Shown here in pieces: positions 12,640 to 23,900 of a stretch of 64,000 bases of DNA (positions within the stretch are counted from its first letter, which is position 1; each line of letters begins with the position of its first letter). The notes beneath the pieces are model-generated. The model worked only from the letters and a program-made list of their open reading frames with translations, was not told the origin of the DNA and searched no databases. Both the position numbers and the translations under genes were made by a program. Origin of the DNA: Rhina ancylostomus (lineage: Eukaryota); assembly GCA_030265395.1 (NCBI GenBank), contig JARFYF010000007.1, forward strand, positions 42,508,635 to 42,572,634. The letters run 5' to 3'.

Positions 12640-12960
12640 GTACTGTGTGGTAAAGTAGTGGTTGAGTTACTGGACCAGCATCCAGTTGTGAATCTTTGAT
12701 ACCAATCGAAGTTCAAATCTCACCATGGAGCAGGGGAATTAAGGAAAGCTGATGTGAGGAAGCTTGTATCAACAATGGTGACCAAAAACATCTCAGATTG
12801 TGGTTACCAACCCATCTTGTTCACTAACTTCCTTAAGGGAAGTAAATATTACTCAAGACACAGCAATGTGTTTGATTGTTGACTGTATCTTCAGTTCAGG
12901 AGTAATTGGGCATGCACCATAACTGCTGGTCTACCCACTAATATCTATGTCCTGTGAACA
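12640..12960 (+). mobile_element. Old tRNA-type SINE
   Basis: B-box-like gttcaaatctcaccatgg, followed by atggtgacc...acccatcttgttcactaacttccttaagggaag, a body I recall from elasmobranch SINEs. Confidence 0.55.
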
Positions 12961-13493
12961 AATAAAACAAAATTCCATTGCAGAATAGCATGTTTGAAAG
13001 ATTACACTTCCTCTGATACCAGTTTTTGTCATCTGAATAAACGCTGGTAAGGAGAAATAATAAAAAAAATTCTGGTTGCTCTGTAAATTTAACCAGAAAT
13101 TTCAAGAATCTGGAAAGTTTACAATTGGGCACATCAGCAGTTTATGGTAAAATATGCAGTAAAAATCTCAATTATATTATCTGTGACACCCAACTGAACA
13201 AAATTGTGATGCAAGTAGAAGTATTTTGAGAAGGACATTAAAGAAAGAATTTTATTTTTCTGGCTAGCTTGGATTCTACAAGGTGGTGAATCTAGATATC
13301 GTCTGTGGTTGCTATAAGTATCAACTGTTTTATGCAAAGTAATAATTATTTTTCACATGAAAGCCCCATTATATTCAGAGTAGAAGAGTGATGCTTCCTT
13401 TATCCATTCCTTGACGAATACTTGGTCTTCAGTTGAGACCTTGTCACATTTAAGTGACAAATGCTATGTCATGTAATGCTGACAATTCATTAT

Positions 13494-14505
13494 ATCAGAA
13501 TCAGTTTATTTATTGTCACTTCCATATACACTTACAGCATGCATGGGAGCAAAATACTGTACTCCACAGATCAAGGTGCTGTTTACATTAAAGACAATTA
13601 GCGACATAAAGACATTAATGACATTGGACCCACATTAAAAGAGACTTGAATAAAAAAAAAATCAGCTTAAAATGTATGTACTGATGCCACAGTCTTCGGA
13701 CACATGAAGTGCTGGTACATTTTTGTACACCTAGCATCCTTTCGTGTTTGATGGAGGGATGGGGGCAGCATTTTGAGGAAATTCATAGTTCTGATGGCTT
13801 GTGGGAGAAAGCTATTGCACAATCTGTTTGTTCTTGCACCAGAACGTTCTTCCGGATGGCAAGGGTGCAAAAAGGTGGTGGAAGGGGTGAGAAGGGTCAG
13901 ACATTATGTGTGTTGCTTTTCTGACACAGTGGTCCATATATATGTCTGCAATAGAGGGTAGAGAGACACTTACAATCTTTTCCGCAGTTCTCACTATTCT
14001 CTGCAGGGACTTCCATCCAGTGGCTGAACAGCTCCCGTACCAGATGGTGATGCAGTGTGTCAGGATACTCTCAATGGTTCCTTTATAAAATATCTTCATG
14101 ATGGATGGAGGGGAGTTCACTTTCCTCAATCTCCACAGGAAGTAGAGGCGTTTCTGGGCTTTCTTAATGAGGGCTGTGGTGTTGATGGACCAGTTCAGGT
14201 CGTCAGCGATGTGCACCCCCAGGAANNNNNNNNNNNNNNNNNNNNNNNNNNNNNNNNNNNNNNNNNNNNNNNNNNNNNNNNNNNNNNNNNNNNNNNNNNN
14301 NNNNNNNNNNNNNNNNNNNNNNNNNACGTTCCTCAATCTCCACAGGAAGTAGAGGCGTTTCTGGGCTTTCTTAATGAGGGCTGTGGTGTTGATGAACCAG
14401 TTCAGGTCGCCAGCGATGTGCACCCCCCAGGAACTTGGTGCTGCTGACTTGTTCCACCACAGACCTGTTTATGGTCAGCGGGGCATGCACACGGTGACCC
14501 TTCAT
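13494..14505 (-). mobile_element. Rex1/Babar-clade LINE 3' part
   Basis: FLGVHIADDLNWSINTTALIKKAQKRLYFLWRLRK...IESILTHCITIWYG...DPSHPFHHLFAPLPSGR; tail at ~13494. Confidence 0.9.
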
Positions 14506-14964
14506 TTATTATATATGATTCATTGAGCCAGATTTTGATCTTAACAATGAATGAACATGATGGTGTTTACCCGAAGGCCATCTGTGGGATTTTTGAACTT
14601 GAATTTTCTTTAACAAGAGAGTCATTTCAGGGCTGCATCTCTTTAAGGGACTTTGGGACTTGACTAAAACAGGGCAAGAAGTTGTTTATCTCCTTAACCA
14701 ATCACATTGAAGACTGAGTATAAATGGTGAAAGTGTTGGTTAGAATACTTGATTTAAAATCAGGTACAGAGTGTGAAATGTAGTAAAAAATGTTCTCACT
14801 GAGCCTCATTGACTTTTGTTTGAACTTCTTTAGTATTCCATTTTGTGGAATGGAATATACTATAATTTCTATTAAATTCACATTCATTCATATGTAGTGA
14901 TTAAATAAGCCAAATAAAACCATTTCATTGTTTTCAGTCACAGGCCAACCTTGCCATATATGTC

Positions 14965-15250
14965 AATAAAACACACAGCTGGGGAACTCAACGGGTTAAG
15001 CAGCATCTAATGAGACATTTTGGGTCGAGACCCTGCATTAGGACTCGGAGTGTAGAGGGGAGATAACTAGTATAAAGAGGTGAGTGGGAGGGGTGAGGCA
15101 GGGGCAGGCAATAGATGGACAGATGGAGCCAGGTAGAGGAGGTGGAGTCAGTGGTAGTGCATGATGGGTAGAAATAGATGTGGAAAGAAAAATCGGCAGA
15201 TGGGGAGGCTGGAAGGTTGGAAACAAGACACTGCAGATGTTGAAATCTGG
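14965..15250 (-). mobile_element. Penelope-like element terminus
   Basis: Reverse complement reads ...agggtctcgacccaaaatgtc...gatgctgcttaacccgttgagttccccagc, the terminus shared with 20355, 40935, 55370 and 63880. Confidence 0.7.
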
Positions 15251-16928
15251 TAAGTAAGATAAGGTGATCAGTACAACCAAATAAGTGAGGAATGAGGGAC
15301 AGATGGAACCATTTGGGAGAGAATTTAAGCTCTGACATTCAGTAACTTTACCAAAAAAGTTGATGGGATGGTGAGTGGCAAGTGACCTGCTGTCTGACAC
15401 CTAAAATTCACCCAAAATGTTATCTAGAAACCATTATGGGGTGAGGTTTAAAGGCTGAATGTGAAGTGACATTATATAGAGTTTTCAGTGAGAATGTTAG
15501 CTGGATATATGTGGAAATAAGGCCTTTATTTCTATCCAAAGTATCTGATCGGAAAATCTAGCACACGTTAGCACTTTAGCCCTTAGTTGTGATAATGGTC
15601 ATTCATCAATGAAAGAAATTAAATCAAGTTCTCTGCAACACCTCTTCAGATTACAAATGCTATCTCTTGTGTAACTCCTTCATCCCTGTTATCACAAATC
15701 ACTTAGTGGTAGAGATATACCATGGCTGTAAAGAGCAAATAACTTGTGTAGTTGCATTAATCACTGATATTAATAACATCTGAGATTGAGTCAACCTCTA
15801 GATGTTCTCACTTAATCCTTAAATCCTTATTTTAGGTATTTTCAAATGGTAGCATTCAAGAATAAATTGAAGCACAGCTTTAGTTACATAATTGGATATT
15901 TAGTTGTACCTTTTTGATGTAAGAAATTTATTTATTATTTGTATTTTATCACAGAAATATTTGTATTGATGTCACTTCTTTTAAGTATTTTGAAGATCAA
16001 AAGAGCTAGCATCTTTTTCTGCTGCAAATTTTATATCCTTGTCACTGATTACATCCCACATTCTGGCCACTATCTCTGGCTGAATGTCTGAAATGTTCAT
16101 ATGCTATTTCAACCTGAGCTAAGCATCTAATGACGCAACTTCTCTACTTCCATAACATCACCAACTTGAACTTCTGCATCAACCCATCTGTAACTGAAAC
16201 CCGTTTCGTGTTATGTTACCACCAGAATCTTTTAGATAGTCTCCCATCATCCATTTTCTGCAAATAAGTTCATTCAAAACTCTAACATCTCTTTATTAAT
16301 CCACACCAGGTCTACTTCCCCTCCTCCCTGTGCTTGTCAACTTCAGTTGATTTCCCCCAATTCCTTCACTTTAACAGGTTCACTCTCTTGCTACAAAATG
16401 GAAAGAATTCTGTTCACCTCTAGGTCTGGCTTCTTGTGTGTCCTGTCTCCACTCCACCATTGGCAGCCAAATTCCTTAAACCTTTTCCAGATTTAAAACC
16501 AGTATTCCAACCTACTTTTTCCCCCACTGTTTCTAATAAATTTCTCTTTAACTTGGTGCCAGTACTCGGCTGATTACATTTTAGGACTAGTGTAAAAGCA
16601 CTATTCAAAAGAAAAATTGCTGTTCTGCATCATACTTGTAAATTACTTCTGCATTACTGGATCTTATTTGCTGCTTTAACTGGGTATAATATTGTTTATC
16701 ATTGATGAAATATTAAAGAGTCAGGAATTTTTAATGTGGTATTTTAGCTTTTTTTCTGGAATTTATTCTTGTAAATGAGATAAGATAATTCTCTTTTACA
16801 AGGCTCCATCTGTGATTATTGTAATCTTAACTATCTTTAATACTTAATACCAATGCTATTTTATGGGGGAAAAAAGTTAAATATTAATCAATAACCCTTG
16901 GTTTGTTACATTTTAATATTGTTCTTAG

Positions 16929-17013
16929 ATTTCAGATAAAGGAGACAGCTATTGAAAAATTCACAAATGAATTAAAACAGCTTGAAGAAATGAACACACG
17001 ATACAGAGAACGA
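16929..17013 (+). CDS. CCDC83: CCDC83 coding exon 2 (FQIKETAIEKFTNELKQLEEMNTRYRER)
   Basis: ttcttag| acceptor, |gtaagg donor, 85 nt, phase 2 to 0; similar to human CQIKEDAVEQF...KNQKYHER. Confidence 0.92.
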
Positions 17014-17348
17014 GTAAGGCACTGTCACAAGTTTAAAAATGAAAGTGTGGCTTAGAATAGCAATATTCTGACAATGATCTATGCATAATTTGGTTTGGTG
17101 ATCAGTTGCAGTCTCTTTCAATTTAGATTTGTACCTTGTGGCTATTGTTTACTGTGAGAGATCATAAACTAATGTAAATATTCATAGTATTGTCAAGCTT
17201 ATGCCCGTGCATGAATACTAAGCTAACAATTTAATCTTTTTAGCTATAGTATTCATGCATGGCATTGAATTCAAGACTGGCATTCTTTGATTTGGCTTAA
17301 ACTTATAAGTAGGGAAAAATTGAGATTATTTCACTGGTTTTCCCCTTC

Positions 17349-17808
17349 TGTAGTGTAAAAGGTCATGGTTGTCATGTGACCATGACCACACTGACCCCTC
17401 TGGCTGGGATGACACCATTGAGCACATAGCCGAAAGCAACTTCACTGTCCATCAAGGTTTGGTTCCACTCCATTAGGTAAACACCTTTGTCCCTGTTGGA
17501 CCACCCAACCCCCAGCAGTATAAAAGAGCTCCATTTTGGTTCTCTCTCTCTCTTTGTCTGAGGATGTTGAGGTAAGCTGTGCACTACTTCAGGGCAGTTA
17601 GTTAAGGACTCCTGAGACCAAAGAGCCGATGTTTGTNNNNNNNNNNNNNNNNNNNNNNNNNNNNNNNNNNNNNNNNNNNNNNNNNNNNNNNNNNNNNNNN
17701 NNNNNNNNNNNNNNNNNNNNNNNNNNNNNNNNNNNNATTTTATTTACAAAGACTGTGTGTCCAGATACCTTTTACCTTTAAGATCCCAAAAGAACATTTC
17801 TCACAACA
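17349..17808 (+). mobile_element. Solo LTR (internal gap)
   Basis: Termini TGTAGTG...CACAACA, near-TSD CTTC/CTTG, internal TATAAAAG followed by a CT-rich stretch. Confidence 0.65.
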
Positions 17809-17821
17809 CTTGTTGCAAATA

Positions 17822-17965
17822 TGGCTCAGTTCATAGCCCTCTCACTCCTGAATCACAAGTTATGGAATCAAGTCTCAGTCCAGAAATATGAGCACAGAAA
17901 TCTTACTATGCATTACTGAGAGAGGACTACACTGTCAAAGATGCCATCCATCAGTTGAGGCTTTA
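17822..17965 (+). mobile_element. Degenerate Deu-type SINE (SacSINE1-like), 5' part
   Basis: ggctcagtt...tcaagtctcagtccagaaatatgagcaca...tactgagagaggactacactgtc resembles the tRNA head plus Deu domain. Confidence 0.55.
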
Positions 17966-18324
17966 TTGATGGCACCCATATGCCTATATGCCACTAATGC
18001 AATATTAACTTATGAGGTGTTATTTGTATATTATTTTTAAAGCAAATAGTATTTTTTCAGTCTCAGATCTACATTTGCTGTATGCATAATTAAGTGCCAT
18101 CAGCTCACATCCAATCTAATTGCATGAACAGGTTACTATTGTCATCCTAATCTTCCTTTTATTCTTTCTGTGATGGAGTGCTTATGTAATTAAATTTAAA
18201 ATTGATTTTGGAGTGATGTCTATATTTGATACAATTAAGTGATATACAAATAGAGGAAGAAAATCCAATTTCATGTGTGCTGTACTAATGCTCTTAAATA
18301 GTTGACTTTTCTGATTTTCCTAAG

Positions 18325-18493
18325 AATGAACAGTTGAAGAAAGAACAAAAGGAACACATCAAGAATCTATTTAAATTGGCCAAGGAACAAGAGAAAGAAC
18401 TGGAACGCAAAGAGTTAATCAGCACTGAACAAGTAGAACAGGCCATGAGAGAAAATATTGAGCTAATTAGTCAAAACGAACAGCAAGTTCAAG
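18325..18493 (+). CDS. CCDC83: CCDC83 coding exon 3 (NEQLKKEQKEHIKNLF...QNEQQVQ)
   Basis: ttttcctaag| acceptor, G|gtatta donor, 169 nt, phase 0 to 1; coiled coil similar to NSRLKEEQIWHIRHLL...EDVEEAMKE. Confidence 0.92.
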
Positions 18494-19149
18494 GTATTAA
18501 TTGTCACACTTCTTCAAAAGTTTTTTGCATCTACCTACATACAGGTGAGCTGAAATAGGGTGTGCATGTATCTTCATCACCTGCATTTGTGCTGAAGAAT
18601 TCACCTGTCCATTCTTGGTTCTTATACAGTGTTCAATTTTAATTTTTCTATTCTTCAAGCAGAATCTCTTTTGGCAGGTATTAGAAACAAATGCTGCTAC
18701 TGTTGTTGGTGTCGTCATCTTCCTGTATTTAATAGTAGTCTTGGCATGTGAATATTGTAATGCTTGTTTTTACCAGTGGCAACAATTTATACCAATGCTG
18801 TAGTTATAATGCAAGATCAATTCCAGAAACCAAAATTAGGACCTGTTGCGATACAAGAGACGCAAAGTGAAACTCTCCTGAAAGGGTAGTCTTGCTGTAT
18901 TTTACTTGGAGTCTGTTTACATTTTCACGTCAGCGACCTTACATTGAAGATTTACTCGTCATGTTTTAAGATGCCAAATTAACTTGCATTTGAATGATCT
19001 TATTTTGAACCGTCCAAATTGCACTAACAGTTACACAAGCTAAACTGGTCATTATCAGAACAAAGCACAATGCAGCTAAAGGACACGCATCATATCTGAA
19101 GGTGAACATGATGCATCAACTGTATCTATTATAATAAATTAGGTTAAAA

Positions 19150-19316
19150 TAGTGGTTGAGGTGGGCACATTAGCAACATTTAAAAGCCATCTAGATGAGT
19201 ACATGGCTGGGAGAGGTTTAGTGGACTATGGGCCAAACATGGGCAGATGGGACTAGCTCGCTGGACAGCATGGACGGGTTGGGCCAAAGGACCTGTTTCC
19301 ATCCCTTATGATTCTA
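19150..19316 (+). mobile_element. CR1 3' end fragment
   Basis: acatttaaaagccatctagatgagtacatg...tatgggccaaac...gggccaaaggacctgtttcc. Confidence 0.75.
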
Positions 19317-19639
19317 ATCCACTATCTGATTGGCCTGAAATCCTGATGGTTTGGCATGTGGCTCAATGGGTGCTGTTTCCCACACTCCCTCAACCACACT
19401 GGGATCCTGGTTCCACATTTCCTCTAACATTCTAGATCCCTGGTTCCTGTGCCCCTTTAAACTAACCAAATTCACTGGACACTTTTTATTCTTTTATTGT
19501 GTATTGTATTGTGCAACATTTTTTTAAAGGAAAGTAAATTAAGAGTTTTGGAGTATTGATCAGAATAACAACCAATAGTCCAGAAAAATCTGGCACTACT
19601 AAAGTCCTGAGCGGGCAAAATCAATGGAATTTTACTGTA
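19317..19639 (+). mobile_element. Tc1/mariner-like non-autonomous element copy
   Basis: Shares gaaatcctgatggtttggca...cctggttcctgtg...agtccagaaaa with 22593-22996; ends ttttactgTA. Confidence 0.6.
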
Positions 19640-20354
19640 TTTTTACCGGCAATATTACTGCAATACATTTCCATATTGTTAACTTGTTTTATCAGTAACA
19701 GACTTCCAGCATTTAGTTTCACTAAGCTGGCTGATGAATGCTTTACCTGCTACTAGACCACTTGGATACATTGCTGGGACTGACCTTCTTATTGTTTTCT
19801 TCTGGCAATCATTTTCTTCTTGGGTTAGCTTAACTAATCTTGCACATGTGTTTAGAACAATGTTGCAATGCAAATTCAGGACATGTATTGCTTGGTTTTT
19901 CCTACTGTTCTGACTGTTCACACTCCAAACATTTTCTAACTGAAAAACATAGCATTTTCATTGTACATTCTTCTCTGGAGAAAGCAAACACATTGGATTG
20001 TTGCATTTCCATAAGCATGACCATCTCAATGAATTCCACAATTTCAGGTAACAGCCATCTCTCTTATTTCTCATGGAAGTTCTTCTGATCACTAACCAAA
20101 ACATGCTGTAGTCAAATACAAGGTTAGCTAAAGAAGTTTGGCATAACTTTATTGTACAGAATCCAATGGATTTTCAATTAAGAATTTGCTATGAATACAC
20201 ATCTAGGATCAGGAGAACTGTATGTAGAAAATGAGTTTTCATTTCCATGATATAGCCATTTAGTAAATGGGGAATTAATTTGTTTCCCAAAATCTCTCTA
20301 TCCCACTATAAAAGCCTGAAATTAAATACGCATGACTGTATGTGGAAAAACAAA

Positions 20355-20910
20355 ACACTGCAAATACGGGAAATGCAACATAAAAACAAAAAAATGCTAG
20401 GGAGATTCAGCAGGTTAGACAGCATCTATGGAGAGAAAAACAGTTGCTGTTTCAGGTCAATAATCCTTCATCAGAAAAGTGAGAAAATAAATGAGTTATT
20501 TGCAAAGGGAAGGGGTGGAGGGAACAAAGAGAATGTCTGTCTGTGATAGGAAGTTTTCATTGCAATCTGAAAGAAAAATGAATGCTTGTTCATCAGAAAT
20601 TCACTTGACCTTTTCCAATTTAGTGTAATGTTTTCAATGCTTTTGATCTAGTTTATTTTACATTAGAGAAATCAAACACACTGGGTGATCACTTGGCAAA
20701 ACATTATTCATTATGCAAGAGTCATCCTGAGTGTCCAGCTGGCTGTCACTTTAATTTGCCATCCCACTCCATGCTGAAAGATATTTTTGGCATCCTACAC
20801 TATACTTACAAAGCCTGACGTAAACTCAAAGAACAGCACTTTATCTTCTTTCTAGATGTATTGCAACCCTCATTGTTGAATATTGAATTCAATTTCAGAT
20901 AACCAGCTTT
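20355..20910. mobile_element. Penelope-like fragments (terminus on -, GIY-YIG region on +)
   Basis: Terminus at 20355-20560. From 20640, decayed GIY-YIG-type text (ctgggtgatcacttggcaaaaca...tcactttaat...gaacagcactttatcttc). Confidence 0.6.
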
Positions 20911-21350
20911 TTCCTGTTTGTGATATAATATTAGTTTTGATATAAAATGTTCCATTAAGTAAAAAGTTCAATTTAAACAGAACACTTGTATTAACATCTT
21001 GAACTACAAAAACTTTCAAAGTGTTTCACAGAAAGAAACTATTTGAGGTTTACCAAAAACTTACTCAGGTGGGTTTTTAAATACAAAGGAGAAAAAGGAA
21101 TTGGACACGCTGACTGATTTGCCTTTTAGAGGAAAAGGGTCCAGTGTGACTGAAGAATGCTAATGGTGAGACAAAGATGGGAGAGTGCATTTTTTTTAAA
21201 AAAAGATAGAGCAGCACCAAATACAATGGGACTTGTAGTGATTGGGAAACAACAATGGAACTATGGGATATTTGAGTTTAAGACATTGAGGGATCAAGGC
21301 TCAGTAAGTGAGGATAAGTGGGACAGGCATCCTAAATGAAGAATGGGAGG

Positions 21351-22119
21351 TGTTATGAACTAGGTTACTATTGGTGAATGTCCCTTTAAGATAGAGCATT
21401 TTGTATGTGTGTGGCGTGGTTATGACAACAGAAGATAAGGACGTAATGACATTTTTGAAGCAGTCAGTTGGGGTCAGTCAGAGGAGGAGAGAGAGAGACC
21501 AGCCTACTAGTCTCTATCGATGAATGACAAACAGAAACTGTGCCTGTCACTACAATCCATATATGGATTTTTGGAGTAATCCGGTGGAGTCCACTTGTCG
21601 TTAACCTGTAGAAGGAAACAGGAGTTTGTGTGGACGGCCACATCTTTGATTCCTTTTGGGGTGGCAGATACTTCAGAACAAAGCAGTGGAGTTCACTTTG
21701 TTGTTGACCTGTAGAAGGAAACAGATATTTGTGTGGACGGCCACGATTCGAGTGCCTTTCGGGAAAGTGTCATGTGGGTTCCATCATGGAACATTTGGAT
21801 TTTGTAATGTCCCTATTTTCTCTCTACGTTTTGTCTTCAGTCAATGGTGGTTGTTGAAGAAGCCTTTGCTCATGTTTCACCTTATGGCTTGCTGAACTGA
21901 ACTTTGAAAACTATTCCTGGACTTGGAGTTTGGGAATTTGCCACACATACACACACTTCAAGTTTAGTTTTGGGGTTAATGTTTAAGATCTAACATTTTT
22001 ACTTCTAACAATCTAACATTTTCACTTTTATTTTGCTTATTATCATAAGTAGTTATTAATAAAGTAGTTTTTAATACTGATACATGACTCTGTGTTTCTT
22101 TTGTTGCTGGTTCGTAACA
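21351..22119 (+). mobile_element. Complete 769-bp solo LTR
   Basis: TGTTATGAAC...GTTCGTAACA terminal inverted repeats, perfect 4-bp TSD GAGG (21347-50 and 22120-23), AATAAA near the 3' end, internal duplication of acctgtagaaggaaacag...tgtgtggacggccac. Confidence 0.9.
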
Positions 22120-22234
22120 GAGGCCATTTCAGGAAAGCTTTGCTTTAATAGAGATCAATTATAATTCCACATTATATGCTGAACATGTTTAAAAAAAATT
22201 ATCAATGTTGTGTGAATTTTTCTGTTTGGAATAG

Positions 22235-22402
22235 ACATAATGACCTATACAGCTAGTGTGGAGCAAGATATCCTGAAGGTTACAGAAATGAAAGAGTATT
22301 GGCTAGAATACAAAAATGTTGGAAGTATTGAACATGGCAAAATTATTGAGCATCGGGAAAATGAACTCCTCAAGATGGTCAGAAGTTTCAGAGAGATGGA
22401 AG
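22235..22402 (+). CDS. CCDC83: CCDC83 coding exon 4 (DIMTYTAS...KEYWLEYKNVGSIEHGKII...FREME)
   Basis: Hallmark KEYWxEYKNVGSxxH motif; 168 nt, phase 1 to 1, ag|...|gt. Confidence 0.95.
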
Positions 22403-22592
22403 GTAGTAATTTACTACAACTAACTAGCCTCTAATTTCATCCTTTTTCAAACAATATGACATTAGCAATCCTCCAATCTTGTTGTACCTTTCTCTCAGAG
22501 GAATGAGAAATGATGATTAGAGCCTCCACAATTTCCTCCCTTCTGTCTTTTAATAGCTTGGCACATTTCATCTAGGCATGATAATCTAGCAA

Positions 22593-22996
22593 CAATAAAA
22601 CCCTGCTAATTCACTATGACCATTCAGAAATTCTGATGGTTTGGCACCTGGTTCACCAGGTAATGTTTTCTACACTCCCTTTCTGCTAACCAGGGCCCTG
22701 GTTCCTGTGCTGCTTTGAAACTCATCTGATTCTGTTTGCCACTCTCCCTTGAAACTTACCTAGTTCTGCTTTTAGCCTTCCCTTGGAATTTACCAGAACC
22801 TTTTCCAATGATTTTAAACTTGCTGGGTTCACTGGAACATTTGTCATTCTATTATGTAACATCTTTATTTTTGGAAAAAAGTGAATTTAAAAACATGTTG
22901 GATTATTAATAAGAATAAGATCCAACAGTCCAGAAAATGTGCTAGTCTAACACCACCAAAGTCCCAAGTATGCCTGATTAACAGAGTTTTTCTGTA
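22593..22996 (+). mobile_element. Tc1/mariner-like MITE with ~18-bp TIRs
   Basis: CAATAAAACCCTGCTAAT at the left end versus ATTAACAGAGTTTTTCTG+TA at the right end; three further copies in the window. Confidence 0.65.
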
Positions 22997-23442
22997 GTTA
23001 AAGATATAAACCATTAATACTTCTTCTTACTGTGTAGATCCATTTAATATTTCACTCTTCCCCATTTGCTACAATTTGTCAAGTAAATATTAGATTGTTT
23101 CCATACTGTAATTGTGTTCTTAAAGATTTGACTTTAGATAATGAATGGTTTCATAAGTAGGAGTTACCCTAAGCAATCCAGAGCAGCAAATCATTTTTCA
23201 TGTGTAAGAATGGTAAATGCTTAGAGATGGAGAGGGATGTCATTTGTCATCTCTGAAGCCTCAATGGTGAAAAGCTAATTGTAGCATTTGTTAACCAAGG
23301 TGACATTTACCAACTCAGGACATCAAGGACTGAATATAAAATCTATTTGAGCTGTCTGCTTTAGCACTGTGCTTCTAATGTTCCTGAAGTTATTGGGGCA
23401 GCTGTGATTTTTTTAACCTTTATTTTTTGTCTGCCTTAAAAG

Positions 23443-23534
23443 ATCACTTTCATAGAGCCTTGGAGAGGGTAAAAGAAGAAACTGATAAATTAGCAAAGGA
23501 GCAAATGGATGAAAAAAAGGCAAATGCTACACAG
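23443..23534 (+). CDS. CCDC83: CCDC83 coding exon 5 (DHFHRALERVKEETDKLAKEQMDEKKANATQ)
   Basis: Pyrimidine tract plus aag| acceptor, CAG|gtgact donor, 92 nt, phase 1 to 0; similar to EHYKITLE...LDQKKEWATQ. Confidence 0.92.
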
Positions 23535-23819
23535 GTGACTGAAATGTTTAATTCATAATTCTGTTTTTCTTTTGCCACTGAAATTTGCAGTTATCCTACA
23601 GCAAAAGTTTAATTTTCTAAAATTTGATAGTAATGGTGAAAATGAGCAGAACACACAATATCCAGGAGTTTTCTATCTTAATGTTATCTGATCTTTACTT
23701 GATCTGGAAAATTTAACTTCACATGTCACATGGATGTTAGTAATGATCAAAGGAGCTCTAAAACAATGTTATCATTCAGAAGTGCCCGATACTCAGGTTT
23801 TAATCAGAATGTCATATAT

Positions 23820-23900
23820 TCAGGTAACTTGCACTAATATGATGAATTATTTTTGTCTATGCCACAAAGCAAATTCATAATATTAGTGCAAGTTACCTGA
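23820..23900. repeat. 81-nt near-perfect inverted repeat (hairpin)
   Basis: TCAGGTAACTTGCACTAATATGATGAATT pairs with AATTCATAATATTAGTGCAAGTTACCTGA at 28 of 29 positions. Confidence 0.95.

Noticed and set aside
14118-14435. Apparent tandem duplication of ~105 bp on both sides of an N gap
   Set aside because: Near-identical overlap flanking a ~100-N gap inside a LINE; typical scaffolding or haplotype artefact.
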